Origin: a virus
Taxonomy: Duplodnaviria > Caudoviricetes
Virus record (IMG/VR): IMGVR_UViG_3300037043_000007
Coordinates: 1 to 43,369 of that record
Strand: one strand, 5' to 3'
DNA length: 43,369 nucleotides
The notes beneath the pieces were generated by a model. That model was given only the letters and a program-made list of their open reading frames with translations, had not been told where the DNA came from and did no database searches. The first letter of the stretch is position 1; each line of letters opens with the position of its first letter. This document shows, piece by piece, positions 8,113-15,274 of the stretch. Made by a program: the position numbers and the translations under genes.

Positions 8113-8188
8113 TGGTGTGGGGGCAGTATTGGCTACCTGCGTCTTCCTTAGGGGTATCCCAAGGCTGTCTTAGTTCAAACGACCCCAC
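8113..8188 (-). ncRNA. 76-nt tRNA-like cloverleaf RNA ending in ACCA (tRNA mimic or pseudo-tRNA)
   Basis: GTGGGG/CCCCAC-A-CCA; GTTT/AGAC arm; CCTTGG-GATACCC-CTAAGG arm; GCAG-10 nt-CTGC arm. Confidence 0.65.
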
Positions 8189-8192
8189 AGGT

Positions 8193-8372
8193 CTACTTAT
8201 TATCTGTGAATGGTTTTCTCATAAGGATGACAAGGTCAGCAGTAGCTTGATGACAAGCCCAAGAAACTAGATGTGAACAAGGATGAGTGCATTCGTGATA
8301 CTTTTTGTGGTCGGTATCGTGGCATTCTCCACAAACAGGATTCGCATACTTAGATGGAACTGTGAACTGCAT
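8193..8372 (-). CDS. small Cys/His-rich protein (59 aa; not in the ORF track)
   Basis: GGAGGTG RBS, then MQFTVPSKYANPVCGECHDTDHKKYHECTHPCSH... Confidence 0.6.
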   Translation of the reverse strand: MQFTVPSKYANPVCGECHDTDHKKYHECTHPCSHLVSWACHQATADLVILMRKPFTDNK

Positions 8373-8603
8373 TTAAATCACCTCCCCATAGTTTACTTTC
8401 GTTCCGTAGTAGCAACAAATGTCCTTGAATTGACAATAGCTGTTAGGGGAACACTCTCGTTCGTGTCCTCTTTTGCAGTAACGCATAAAGTAATGGTGGA
8501 AATTATGATGGAACTCATAGTCCAGAATCATAATCCTGTTCTTACGATAGAGCTTCTTAGGAAAGAAAAAATGATGGTGGTCAGTCCTCCGTCTCCGTTT
8601 CAC
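8373..8603 (-). CDS. His/Cys-rich basic protein, possibly a minimal HNH-like or Zn protein
   Basis: GGAG RBS; DHHHFFFPK...EFHHNFHH...C..C..C..CC. Confidence 0.55.
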   Translation of the reverse strand: MKRRRRTDHHHFFFPKKLYRKNRIMILDYEFHHNFHHYFMRYCKRGHERECSPNSYCQFKDICCYYGTKVNYGEVI

Positions 8604-8928
8604 TCACATCTCCCCCTACTTCGTCTAGTGCTTCTCTCTCTGATAAACTCCCCAATTCAATCTCAAGCTGTAGGCTCTCAATAGCTTCTTGAATAGTTTG
8701 TAAGGCATCAGTAAGTCCACCAACTGGGAAATTAGTAGAAACTTGGCACTCTGAATCGTGCTGACAATTAGTATTGATTCTTGGAATTAACCCAAAAAGA
8801 ATTGTATTGTAAGCAATCATAGCTTCAGGATAAGTTACAGGATTCTTCTCCATCTGTTCTTGGATGTAGAGTAATGCCTGTGTAATCTTAATAAGCATAT
8901 CAAGGTCGTGTTCATATGCTTGGGTCAT
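8581..8928 (-). CDS. hypothetical protein
   Basis: GAGGTG RBS before ATG 8928; the ORF-track TTG start at 8961 lies inside an RNA stem. Confidence 0.6.
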   Translation of the reverse strand: MTQAYEHDLDMLIKITQALLYIQEQMEKNPVTYPEAMIAYNTILFGLIPRINTNCQHDSECQVSTNFPVGGLTDALQTIQEAIESLQLEIELGSLSEREALDEVGGDVSETETED

Positions 8929-8948
8929 CACTCTCACCTCTCTCTTGT

Positions 8949-9167
8949 ATATCGTAGGCAAATAATGTAGGAGAACTTTTAACCACCCAACTCATTGGCA
9001 TTGTTGTTTTAACCACCCCAAAATAAGTGTAGCCAAATCAATATTTCTTAGGGGTATTGGTTGGTGATGTTATGGTTAGCCTTTAGGACGCTTTAAGGTC
9101 ATCTTACGCCGTCAGCCGAGCCTGTATTGACCCACTTCGGCTCTCCTACAATAACTACCTACGATAT
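8949..9167 (-). ncRNA. stem-closed ncRNA module A
   Basis: ATATCGTAGGTAGTTATTGTAGGAGA pairs with TCTCCTACATTATTTGCCTACGATAT over 26 positions; internal hairpins; GGGTGGTTAAAA occurs twice. Confidence 0.7.
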
Positions 9168-9175
9168 TGTTATGT

Positions 9176-9302
9176 AGTAATAGGCAAATAATGAGCCACT
9201 ATCATCTTATGGAAGTCGGTATTGCTATCTTGGATTTACTTTACCGAGCTTATTTCTAATCAAGACCATATCAGATAGTGAACTCTCTAACTACCTATTA
9301 CT
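9176..9302 (-). ncRNA. stem-closed ncRNA module B with internal pseudoknot
   Basis: AGTAATAGGTAGTTAG...TTATTTGCCTATTACT, then CACTATC/GATAGTG and TATGG/CCATA; crossing stems TCTTG/CAAGA and TCGGTA/TACCGA. Confidence 0.7.
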
Positions 9303-9303
9303 T

Positions 9304-9409
9304 ATCAGACCTTCAGGCAGAAGGTAATTGTGTAGGGATGGTCGGTCTACGCAATTGTTCTGCCCAATAAATGTTTATGCAATAGTTACCTATTGCCTGA
9401 AAGCCTGAT
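9304..9409 (-). ncRNA. stem-closed ncRNA module C with two alternative folds
   Basis: ATCAGGCTTTCA/TGAAGGTCTGAT closing stem; GCAATAG-GTAA-CTATTGC hairpin. Confidence 0.6.
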
Positions 9410-9421
9410 TGTTGTAAATGT

Positions 9422-9477
9422 GCTTGGATTTCTCCAATGTAGGGGCTTCTAGAATAACCCCAACGCCAGAGCCAAGC
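9422..9477 (-). ncRNA. hairpin module D
   Basis: GCTTGG/CCAAGC, CTCT/GGAG and GGGGTT/AGCCCC stems. Confidence 0.45.
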
Positions 9478-9575
9478 TATTTATTCCTCCCAGTCTTTGG
9501 GATTATATTCTTCAAAATAACCTTTTGATTGTAGTATTAGTTCCATAGCTTTAAGTTGTGATTCAGTATGTATCT

Positions 9576-9851
9576 TCATTTCTTCATCTCTTTAAGTATG
9601 GCTTTTACCTCTGCACCAGTATATTCACCACCATCCCCAAACTCTGCCATAGCTTCATCTAATACTTGTTGGCGTTCTCCTTTTACAATTTCTTCTGCCC
9701 TACACATTGGACATAGTTGTCCCATCATAGATTCGCCCGAATACTTTGAATCACAATCTGAACATCTTAAACCATCTTTGCCACCAGAATATCCTTCTGA
9801 TTGATACCCATACATAGATTCCCTTATATTCATAATTCTTTTATCTTTCAT
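9576..9851 (-). CDS. Zn-ribbon hypothetical protein
   Basis: CSDC...CPMC; AGGAG RBS. Confidence 0.6.
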   Translation of the reverse strand: MKDKRIMNIRESMYGYQSEGYSGGKDGLRCSDCDSKYSGESMMGQLCPMCRAEEIVKGERQQVLDEAMAEFGDGGEYTGAEVKAILKEMKK

Positions 9852-9972
9852 CTATTTCTCCTTTTATAAATTCCATCAATGAACTTAACTTCTTTCCAAT
9901 AGGAAAATGGGTTTTCCACCAAGATTAGCTCTCCATTTGTAACATTATGTAACTTACCTTCTATCCAAATAA

Positions 9973-10194
9973 TCATACTTTATTCCTTATCCAATACTCT
10001 AATGTTGCCCATATCTTAATCCCTACCCAGAATAGAATAGCCCCTAACCATTGAACCAACTGCCAAGCAAGTAATAGTGTAAGTAGTATCAATGGAACAC
10101 CTACTAAAAAGAAACATAAGATACCTGCTAATAAGTCTCTGTCATCTGTTGTATGACCTGAATAAGTTTCTACTTTTGGTGGTTTTATAAACAT
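9973..10194 (-). CDS. small membrane protein
   Basis: Long hydrophobic segment; GGAGG upstream. Confidence 0.6.
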   Translation of the reverse strand: MFIKPPKVETYSGHTTDDRDLLAGILCFFLVGVPLILLTLLLAWQLVQWLGAILFWVGIKIWATLEYWIRNKV

Positions 10195-10403
10195 TATCTT
10201 ATTTCCTCCAATACTATATCTTTAGCCTTAACTCTGTATACCTTTTTTACTTCATATACAGTTAAATCTTCTGGTGAAGAGTTATGGAATATAGTGTCTT
10301 GTATCTCGTAATCTAATTCTTCTCTTGAACCACACTCTATTTGGTCTGCTGTAGAGCCATCTACCAATAGATACTTAACACCAAAATTTCTAATTTTTTT
10401 CAT
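10194..10403 (-). CDS. hypothetical protein
   Basis: AAGGAGG RBS before ATG 10403. Confidence 0.6.
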   Translation of the reverse strand: MKKIRNFGVKYLLVDGSTADQIECGSREELDYEIQDTIFHNSSPEDLTVYEVKKVYRVKAKDIVLEEIR

Positions 10404-10573
10404 TATTCCTCCTTTAATATATGCCCACACTTAGGACAATAAATCATTTTTAGTTTGTTGTTACCCATCCAGTCATACGCCATCACCTCTTGATACCTGT
10501 GTCCTTCTTTTGAACAAACATTCTCAAACACCTCTTCTATAATCGTTGATTCATAAATTACTCGTTTAGCCAT
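10403..10573 (-). CDS. small Zn-ribbon protein (56 aa; not in the ORF track)
   Basis: GGAGGAG RBS; MAKRVIYEST...CSKEGH...YCPKCGHILKEE. Confidence 0.55.
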   Translation of the reverse strand: MAKRVIYESTIIEEVFENVCSKEGHRYQEVMAYDWMGNNKLKMIYCPKCGHILKEE

Positions 10574-10836
10574 TTTATTATCTCCTCCTCTTTTAATGCT
10601 TTAAATTCTTTTATTTCTTGGGTGGTGATATAAGATTCACTAATTTCACTAATAGGTTGTATTTTTCTCTCTCCGTCAAAACCTTTGGCATTTGATTCTC
10701 CTTGTTTTAAATCAAGAAAAGGCACTTGAAAAAGGAAATCTTCGGTCATTCCTATCTCTAGTGCCTCTACTCTACTTGAAAGGTCTAATATAATATTTTT
10801 AAGCTTCTGTATAAGCTCTAACTCTTCGCTATTCAT
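10558..10836 (-). CDS. hypothetical protein
   Basis: ORF with AGGGG RBS before ATG 10836. Confidence 0.55.
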   Translation of the reverse strand: MNSEELELIQKLKNIILDLSSRVEALEIGMTEDFLFQVPFLDLKQGESNAKGFDGERKIQPISEISESYITTQEIKEFKALKEEEIIKWLNE

Positions 10837-10951
10837 TTCAACCCCTTGAAACATTTATCACAACAATCATATTCGTGCTGTTTCACTATTCTTGTTGATA
10901 TTGGTTTTTGTTTACCACACAAATCACAGATTGCCATAGCTTCCCCCAACT

Positions 10952-11004
10952 ATTTAGTTCTAGCGATTGGGTAGGCAACGCCTACCTTATCGTCAGAGTT
11001 AAAT
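10952..11004. other. long imperfect hairpin (25 positions) downstream of the transglycosylase gene
   Basis: ATTTAGTTCT-AGCGAT-TG-GGTAGGC-AAC-GCCTACC-TT-ATCGTC-AGAGTTAAAT. Confidence 0.55.
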
Positions 11005-11009
11005 CTGAA

Positions 11010-11525
11010 CTATATTGGTAAGCCAAGTTTATTGGCTGTATTCGTCCAAGGCTGCCAACCTCTAGCTTTCCACTTTCTATAAGCAATAGCTATATTGGTC
11101 TCAGCATCATAGACTACCCCGTCTAAGCAAGCAATTTGGAAAAGTCCATAAGAGCCTATGCAGATAACGTTACCATTTCTATCTCGGTGACGGTCTGTTG
11201 TATTGGCTGAATATTGATTACCACCACTTTCAAGACGCATAACGTCTAATGCAGTGTTTACTGGCCAATCATATTTAGCTACTAATGGTCTCCATTGCTC
11301 CACTCCTGGAGTTGACTTGGCTATATTTTGTTTAGGTGCAGGTGGCTTAGCTTCAACAACTGGTGCTGGTTGCTCTACCACTATTTCTTCTTTTGGTTTC
11401 TCTTCTATTTTTACTGCAGCGACAGTTTCAACTGGTGCTGTTTTGGGTAAGAAGCAAGTTCCGAGTAACAAGGGAACCACTAAGAGCTTCATTACTCTTG
11501 TAGAAATCTTCAGATAGACCTCCAT
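11010..11525 (-). CDS. secreted or membrane-anchored lytic transglycosylase (SLT/lysozyme-like)
   Basis: N-terminal hydrophobic segment, Pro/Glu linker, ESGGN, SYGLFQI and GWQPW motifs. Confidence 0.85.
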   Translation of the reverse strand: MEVYLKISTRVMKLLVVPLLLGTCFLPKTAPVETVAAVKIEEKPKEEIVVEQPAPVVEAKPPAPKQNIAKSTPGVEQWRPLVAKYDWPVNTALDVMRLESGGNQYSANTTDRHRDRNGNVICIGSYGLFQIACLDGVVYDAETNIAIAYRKWKARGWQPWTNTANKLGLPI

Positions 11526-11600
11526 TTTTAATTATTGTTTTAAACATCCGACTGATAGTGCCTTGATTATATCGTTGAGGCTCTAAGAGTTCGGCTAGTT

Positions 11601-11837
11601 TTAAGGTTCGCGAAATATTCTTTCCGCATAATCTATTAAGTTTTCGCCTGGCTTTATTTTATTCCTTTCGTCTTTTGATGTCAACTTATAATTGTATTTT
11701 GACCACCACTTCCATAGTCTTCCAGTCTGTTCGCCAGTTAGATTTCTTGTCTTTATCCACTCTCCTATTTCAAAGAAATCCATATTAAGTAATTGTTCTT
11801 TTGTTTCTTGTTTCATTAAATATTTTTTCCCCTGCAT
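11601..11837 (-). CDS. hypothetical protein
   Basis: 78-aa ORF. Confidence 0.5.
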   Translation of the reverse strand: MQGKKYLMKQETKEQLLNMDFFEIGEWIKTRNLTGEQTGRLWKWWSKYNYKLTSKDERNKIKPGENLIDYAERIFREP

Positions 11838-11865
11838 ATATAGCGGAATTAGTTATCATATATTT

Positions 11866-12050
11866 AGTAGAACAACATAGTCTTGAATGAAACGCCCCTG
11901 CTTACCTAAGTATTAGTCTATCGCCATTCATTCTATTTCATTGTATTGGTCAGAGATGTTTAAGCTTTCGCTATGCAGGTTTTTTCTCCTCCTCAAATGC
12001 TGAAGTGATTTTTGTTTCTGAAGAATCACCTAAAACTCCCTATGTCTACA
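11866..12050 (-). ncRNA. candidate structured ncRNA or 5' leader
   Basis: No long minus-strand ORF; lies downstream of a promoter; GTAGA-CATAG/CTATG-TCTAC closing stem, GAATGAA/TTCATTC, GGTGATT/AATCACT and AGC-GAAA-GCT. Confidence 0.4.
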
Positions 12051-12060
12051 TTGTAAGTTA

Positions 12061-12088
12061 ATTATACATCAAAAAGGTATGTCGTCAA
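12061..12088 (-). promoter_or_regulatory. sigma-70-type promoter
   Basis: TTGACG-16-TATAAT. Confidence 0.55.
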
Positions 12089-12368
12089 CGTCCACATCAT
12101 CAACTGCATCTGTTTGTTTTTTAGGATAGGTTTTTAAACCTTTCTCTCCCATAGTAGCCTTATCATAATCTGACACTAGGTCTAATCTCTCGGCACTCTC
12201 TAAATCCATAACTAATCTGTAGTCTGGAGAGTTTTCTGTTTTCTTTTCGTCTTGTTTAAACATTGCAGCACTTGTGTCGTTGTTAAACTTAATGGAGATA
12301 TATTTTAATCCCCCTTGAGTTTCCCTTAACCAGCCTGCTCCAATTTTAACTGATGGTTGTTTATCCAT
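12069..12368 (-). CDS. putative single-stranded DNA-binding protein (DUF736-like)
   Basis: KIGAGW...KYISIKF...NSPDYRL and acidic DDVDVDDIPF tail. Confidence 0.75.
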   Translation of the reverse strand: MDKQPSVKIGAGWLRETQGGLKYISIKFNNDTSAAMFKQDEKKTENSPDYRLVMDLESAERLDLVSDYDKATMGEKGLKTYPKKQTDAVDDVDVDDIPF

Positions 12369-12534
12369 TCTTCCTCCTTAGAAAAGCCTTGATGGCCAAT
12401 CTATTAAACTTTCTTACTTCCTTTTGTGTTAACTCTTTACAATGCTGTTTGCCTATTTGGTTATTCATTATTGAATATCCTAAAGGTTTTCCAATTGCAT
12501 CAATTAACACGTGAGCAAATCTTTTACTCTTCAT
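12361..12534 (-). CDS. small basic protein (57 aa; not in the ORF track)
   Basis: MKSKRFAHVLIDAIGKP... fills the gap between the annealing protein and SSB genes. Confidence 0.45.
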   Translation of the reverse strand: MKSKRFAHVLIDAIGKPLGYSIMNNQIGKQHCKELTQKEVRKFNRLAIKAFLRRKNG

Positions 12535-12537
12535 TTC

Positions 12538-12912
12538 TTAGATAAAGTCTTCCTGATATTTCTCTTTATTCTGTGCTATTGTTATCTCGTCTTTACTAGC
12601 TATACTATCTATTACACCGATGCCCATAAATGCTAAAGCTCTACCGACTGCACTTGTTTCGCAATTCTCAACTGCACTAGTTTTGTTGATATATCCCTCT
12701 CCCCTAATTTCTTCTGCTATGCCAGTAAAGAATACACCATCAGTTGGGGATACTGTTGCTTTAATTATTATGGATTTTTCGTCATTGTGTATAATCTTGG
12801 TAGTAATTGAACCAGACTTATATGTGTCGTTAAAATATTTAACTCTGTCTGCAACTTGCACATATAGTTTACCCTTAAAGTCTATTGCTTTCTCTTTTAA
12901 ATCTTTTCCCAT
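12538..12912 (-). CDS. putative single-strand annealing protein (Rad52/Sak-like)
   Basis: YVQVADRV...FTGIAEE...INKTSAVENCETSAVGRALA; adjacent to SSB. Confidence 0.7.
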   Translation of the reverse strand: MGKDLKEKAIDFKGKLYVQVADRVKYFNDTYKSGSITTKIIHNDEKSIIIKATVSPTDGVFFTGIAEEIRGEGYINKTSAVENCETSAVGRALAFMGIGVIDSIASKDEITIAQNKEKYQEDFI

Positions 12913-13046
12913 TTTACACCTTCTTCTTTTTGTTAGCCTTTAGTTTTAATGCTACATAATCTATCAATGCATAAACTACTACTACGGTTAGTCCGCCTAA
13001 AGCGAAGCTTCCTGTGTCGATTGTCAAAACCATTTTACCCTCCTAT

Positions 13047-13096
13047 ACTTTAATTATATCACACTTTAATTATATACCTTACACCGACTAAGTCAA
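13047..13096 (-). promoter_or_regulatory. sigma-70-type promoter with duplicated -10 region
   Basis: TTGACT-16-TATAAT; ACTTTAATTATAT direct repeat at 13047-13059 and 13063-13075. Confidence 0.6.
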
Positions 13097-13199
13097 CTTA
13101 ATTTGGCCTCTAATTCTGCCACCCTATAGGCAGTGTCACTATCTAATTTCTGCTTTATTGACAGATAATCTGCCCTGGCCTGTATTGATTTTCTCCATC

Positions 13200-13712
13200 T
13201 CATATTGTTATACCATTCTTTCTTAAAACCTGCAGTTTGCATCTTATAGAGTTTATACTTCTTCCTAACTTACTAGAGATATATTCTGCCGTTTTGCTTT
13301 TATACATTTTCTTTAAATAGTTCACCTCCCCATTAGACCACTCATTAGTTCTTGGCGTTCTCGCCTTTTTAACTTTGATTATCCCTATCCTTTTTATGTA
13401 TCTGTGGTCGTATGAATATACCAGGTTTTTTTCGTACTCCATAAACTCTTCTTTATCTAGTGTTTGTTTGCATAAGCTTATTATTCTATCCCTTATGGCC
13501 TCTTCTGATATGTCAAATAAGTCAGATGCCGTTGCTATTAAGTTTGAACCATTCTTGGCAAACCAGACATTGTCACATAGAATTTGATATTTGTATGAAG
13601 TCTTCACACTCCCTACTGTGTCAGGGTTTTCAGAAGTATCAAATGCATTGTTTAGTATCGCCCTTAATATCTCTATGTAAGGGTCTTTTCCACTTAATTG
13701 CTCAACTCCCAT
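13200..13712 (-). CDS. protein with C-terminal Myb/SANT-like HTH
   Basis: WSNGEVNYLKKMY...YISSKLGRSINSIRCKL; GGAGG RBS. Confidence 0.65.
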   Translation of the reverse strand: MGVEQLSGKDPYIEILRAILNNAFDTSENPDTVGSVKTSYKYQILCDNVWFAKNGSNLIATASDLFDISEEAIRDRIISLCKQTLDKEEFMEYEKNLVYSYDHRYIKRIGIIKVKKARTPRTNEWSNGEVNYLKKMYKSKTAEYISSKLGRSINSIRCKLQVLRKNGITI

Positions 13713-13725
13713 AAAAACCTCCTTG

Positions 13726-14115
13726 TTAGGCTTTTACTTTATTTCTTCTCCACTCTCGTATTCTTTTCAGAACCTTTTCTCTATTCTTCTGGTAGTAATC
13801 GTTACATCTTTTATTGTTCCAAGCACGACCTTCTGGCGTTTTTGTATACTCAGAAACCTTTTCATTATGACTTTTGATAGCACACTTTACTGAACAAAAC
13901 TTTCTTTGGCCGAATTTTAAAGGCCTATCACACTGCTTACATTTTAGGTTTTTCTCTAAGAATTCCTTCTTTGCTTTTTCTTGTTTTTCTCTGGTGTACT
14001 TTTTAGCTAAGTCTTTAGCTTTTTTCTGGTTATCCCAATACCATTTTCTACTTTGCTCGTTCTTTTTTTCTTTGTTCTTTCTATACCACTCTTTAAAGTA
14101 TTCATTTCTATTCAT
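13726..14115 (-). CDS. basic Zn-finger DNA-binding protein
   Basis: CKQC...KFCSVKC; YxKNKEK-like repeats. Confidence 0.6.
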   Translation of the reverse strand: MNRNEYFKEWYRKNKEKKNEQSRKWYWDNQKKAKDLAKKYTREKQEKAKKEFLEKNLKCKQCDRPLKFGQRKFCSVKCAIKSHNEKVSEYTKTPEGRAWNNKRCNDYYQKNREKVLKRIREWRRNKVKA

Positions 14116-14329
14116 TTATCATCTCCAACTCTGACATAGGAACTGCATAGCACTCTATCGTACCATTTGTCTCTTTAGGGTATTTTCTTATAACTTCGCC
14201 ACTAACCTTAAAAACCTTTCCTTTAAGATATTTAGACTTAGTAAACACTATCGTATTTGTGTCTCCAACTTTATATGTCGCAATTAATACTTTCCTATCC
14301 TTGTATCTTGGTTGCCATATTTCTATCAT
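14108..14329 (-). CDS. hypothetical protein
   Basis: AAGGGG RBS; MIEIWQPRYKDRKVLIA. Confidence 0.6.
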   Translation of the reverse strand: MIEIWQPRYKDRKVLIATYKVGDTNTIVFTKSKYLKGKVFKVSGEVIRKYPKETNGTIECYAVPMSELEMINE

Positions 14330-14500
14330 TTTTACCCCTTTCAAAAGCTATACCATCTTCATAGCCCTTTAAATAAAGTTTTAAGTCTTTCATTTGTTGT
14401 ATCTCTTCCTTACTTCTTACTTTCGTGTGTGTTAGTTTCATTTATACCTCCAATTAACCACATAACAAAATCGTCTTTGTTCTTAAATCTTTCTTCCCAT

Positions 14501-14698
14501 TTAATAGGTTGTTTTACTTTCATTTTCTTCCTCCTTATTAAATATCTTGTCATTAAATAAACTAATAAGTGAGTATTCCCTAATCAACTCATCTAGCGTG
14601 ATAGTAGTCGACTCAACTCTTCTACCTTTCCTTCTTCTTAAGGTGAGGACTACATCTTTTGGATAAGTTACTCGCGTTTCCCCATTTTTAATTTGCAT
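14501..14698 (-). CDS. hypothetical early protein
   Basis: AAGGAGG RBS. Confidence 0.55.
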   Translation of the reverse strand: MQIKNGETRVTYPKDVVLTLRRRKGRRVESTTITLDELIREYSLISLFNDKIFNKEEENESKTTY

Positions 14699-14773
14699 CT
14701 TCTTCCTCCTTTTCTAATTTTTTAACATCTTCTTCACTCATAAAGTCTATTGCATAAGGTGTATGTTCCCAAT

Positions 14774-14962
14774 TCATTTTGTGTCTCCTATTCTTATTCT
14801 TAATTCTCCCACAATATATGAGTATAACTCGTCAGCGTCTATTGTAAGGTTTTCTGCTTCCTCCTCATACTGTTCTACATAATCTAAAAAGCTTTCTAAT
14901 ACTTGTTGTTTGGCTTGTCGAATACTAGCTCTAATATCTTCATACATATCATATTCACTCAT
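14774..14962 (-). CDS. hypothetical early protein
   Basis: AAGGAG RBS; acidic. Confidence 0.6.
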   Translation of the reverse strand: MSEYDMYEDIRASIRQAKQQVLESFLDYVEQYEEEAENLTIDADELYSYIVGELRIRIGDTK

Positions 14963-14964
14963 AA

Positions 14965-15249
14965 TTATTCTCCTTTCCTTTGTTGGTCGGCATAATAGTC
15001 GCCCAAGTCTTTAAATTTATTTACTCTTTCAATTATCTCTTTATCCTCTAAGCCCTCAAACTCGTCTGGTTCAAAAAACCCCTCCTTAACACCATAATTG
15101 ATATATCTCCAAGCCTCTTTCAATTCTGAGCCAAACTGTTCAGCTTCTATTCTAGCCAAATCGTGTTGATTTTCTCTTTGAGTTTGTTCCTCGTCTTGTC
15201 TGATGTTTTGTTCAAGCTCGAAAGCTCTTTCTTTGTTTCCTTGATACAT
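14965..15249 (-). CDS. hypothetical early protein
   Basis: AAGGAG RBS. Confidence 0.6.
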   Translation of the reverse strand: MYQGNKERAFELEQNIRQDEEQTQRENQHDLARIEAEQFGSELKEAWRYINYGVKEGFFEPDEFEGLEDKEIIERVNKFKDLGDYYADQQRKGE

Positions 15250-15274
15250 AATTATCTCCTTAATCTCTTAATTA

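Noticed and set aside
7859-8188. 109-aa minus-strand ORF upstream of rtcB
   Set aside because: It runs through two tRNAs and the tRNA-like RNA and has no RBS, so it is a shadow ORF.
8062-8945. 9-bp AGAGAGAGG/CCTCTCTCT long-range pair enclosing three ORFs and the tRNA mimic
   Set aside because: Short and low-complexity; too weak to count as another cassette.
9133-9145. 13-mer CACTTCGGCTCTC shared with the post-capsid hairpin (30073-30085), suggesting antisense targeting
   Set aside because: A single 13-nt match among several hundred positions against a 43-kb genome can arise by chance, and both copies are buried in stems.
8949-9477. CRISPR array or mini-array
   Set aside because: The repeats are inverted arms, not regularly spaced direct repeats; there are no cas genes, and the Cas4-like nuclease is a common stand-alone phage exonuclease.
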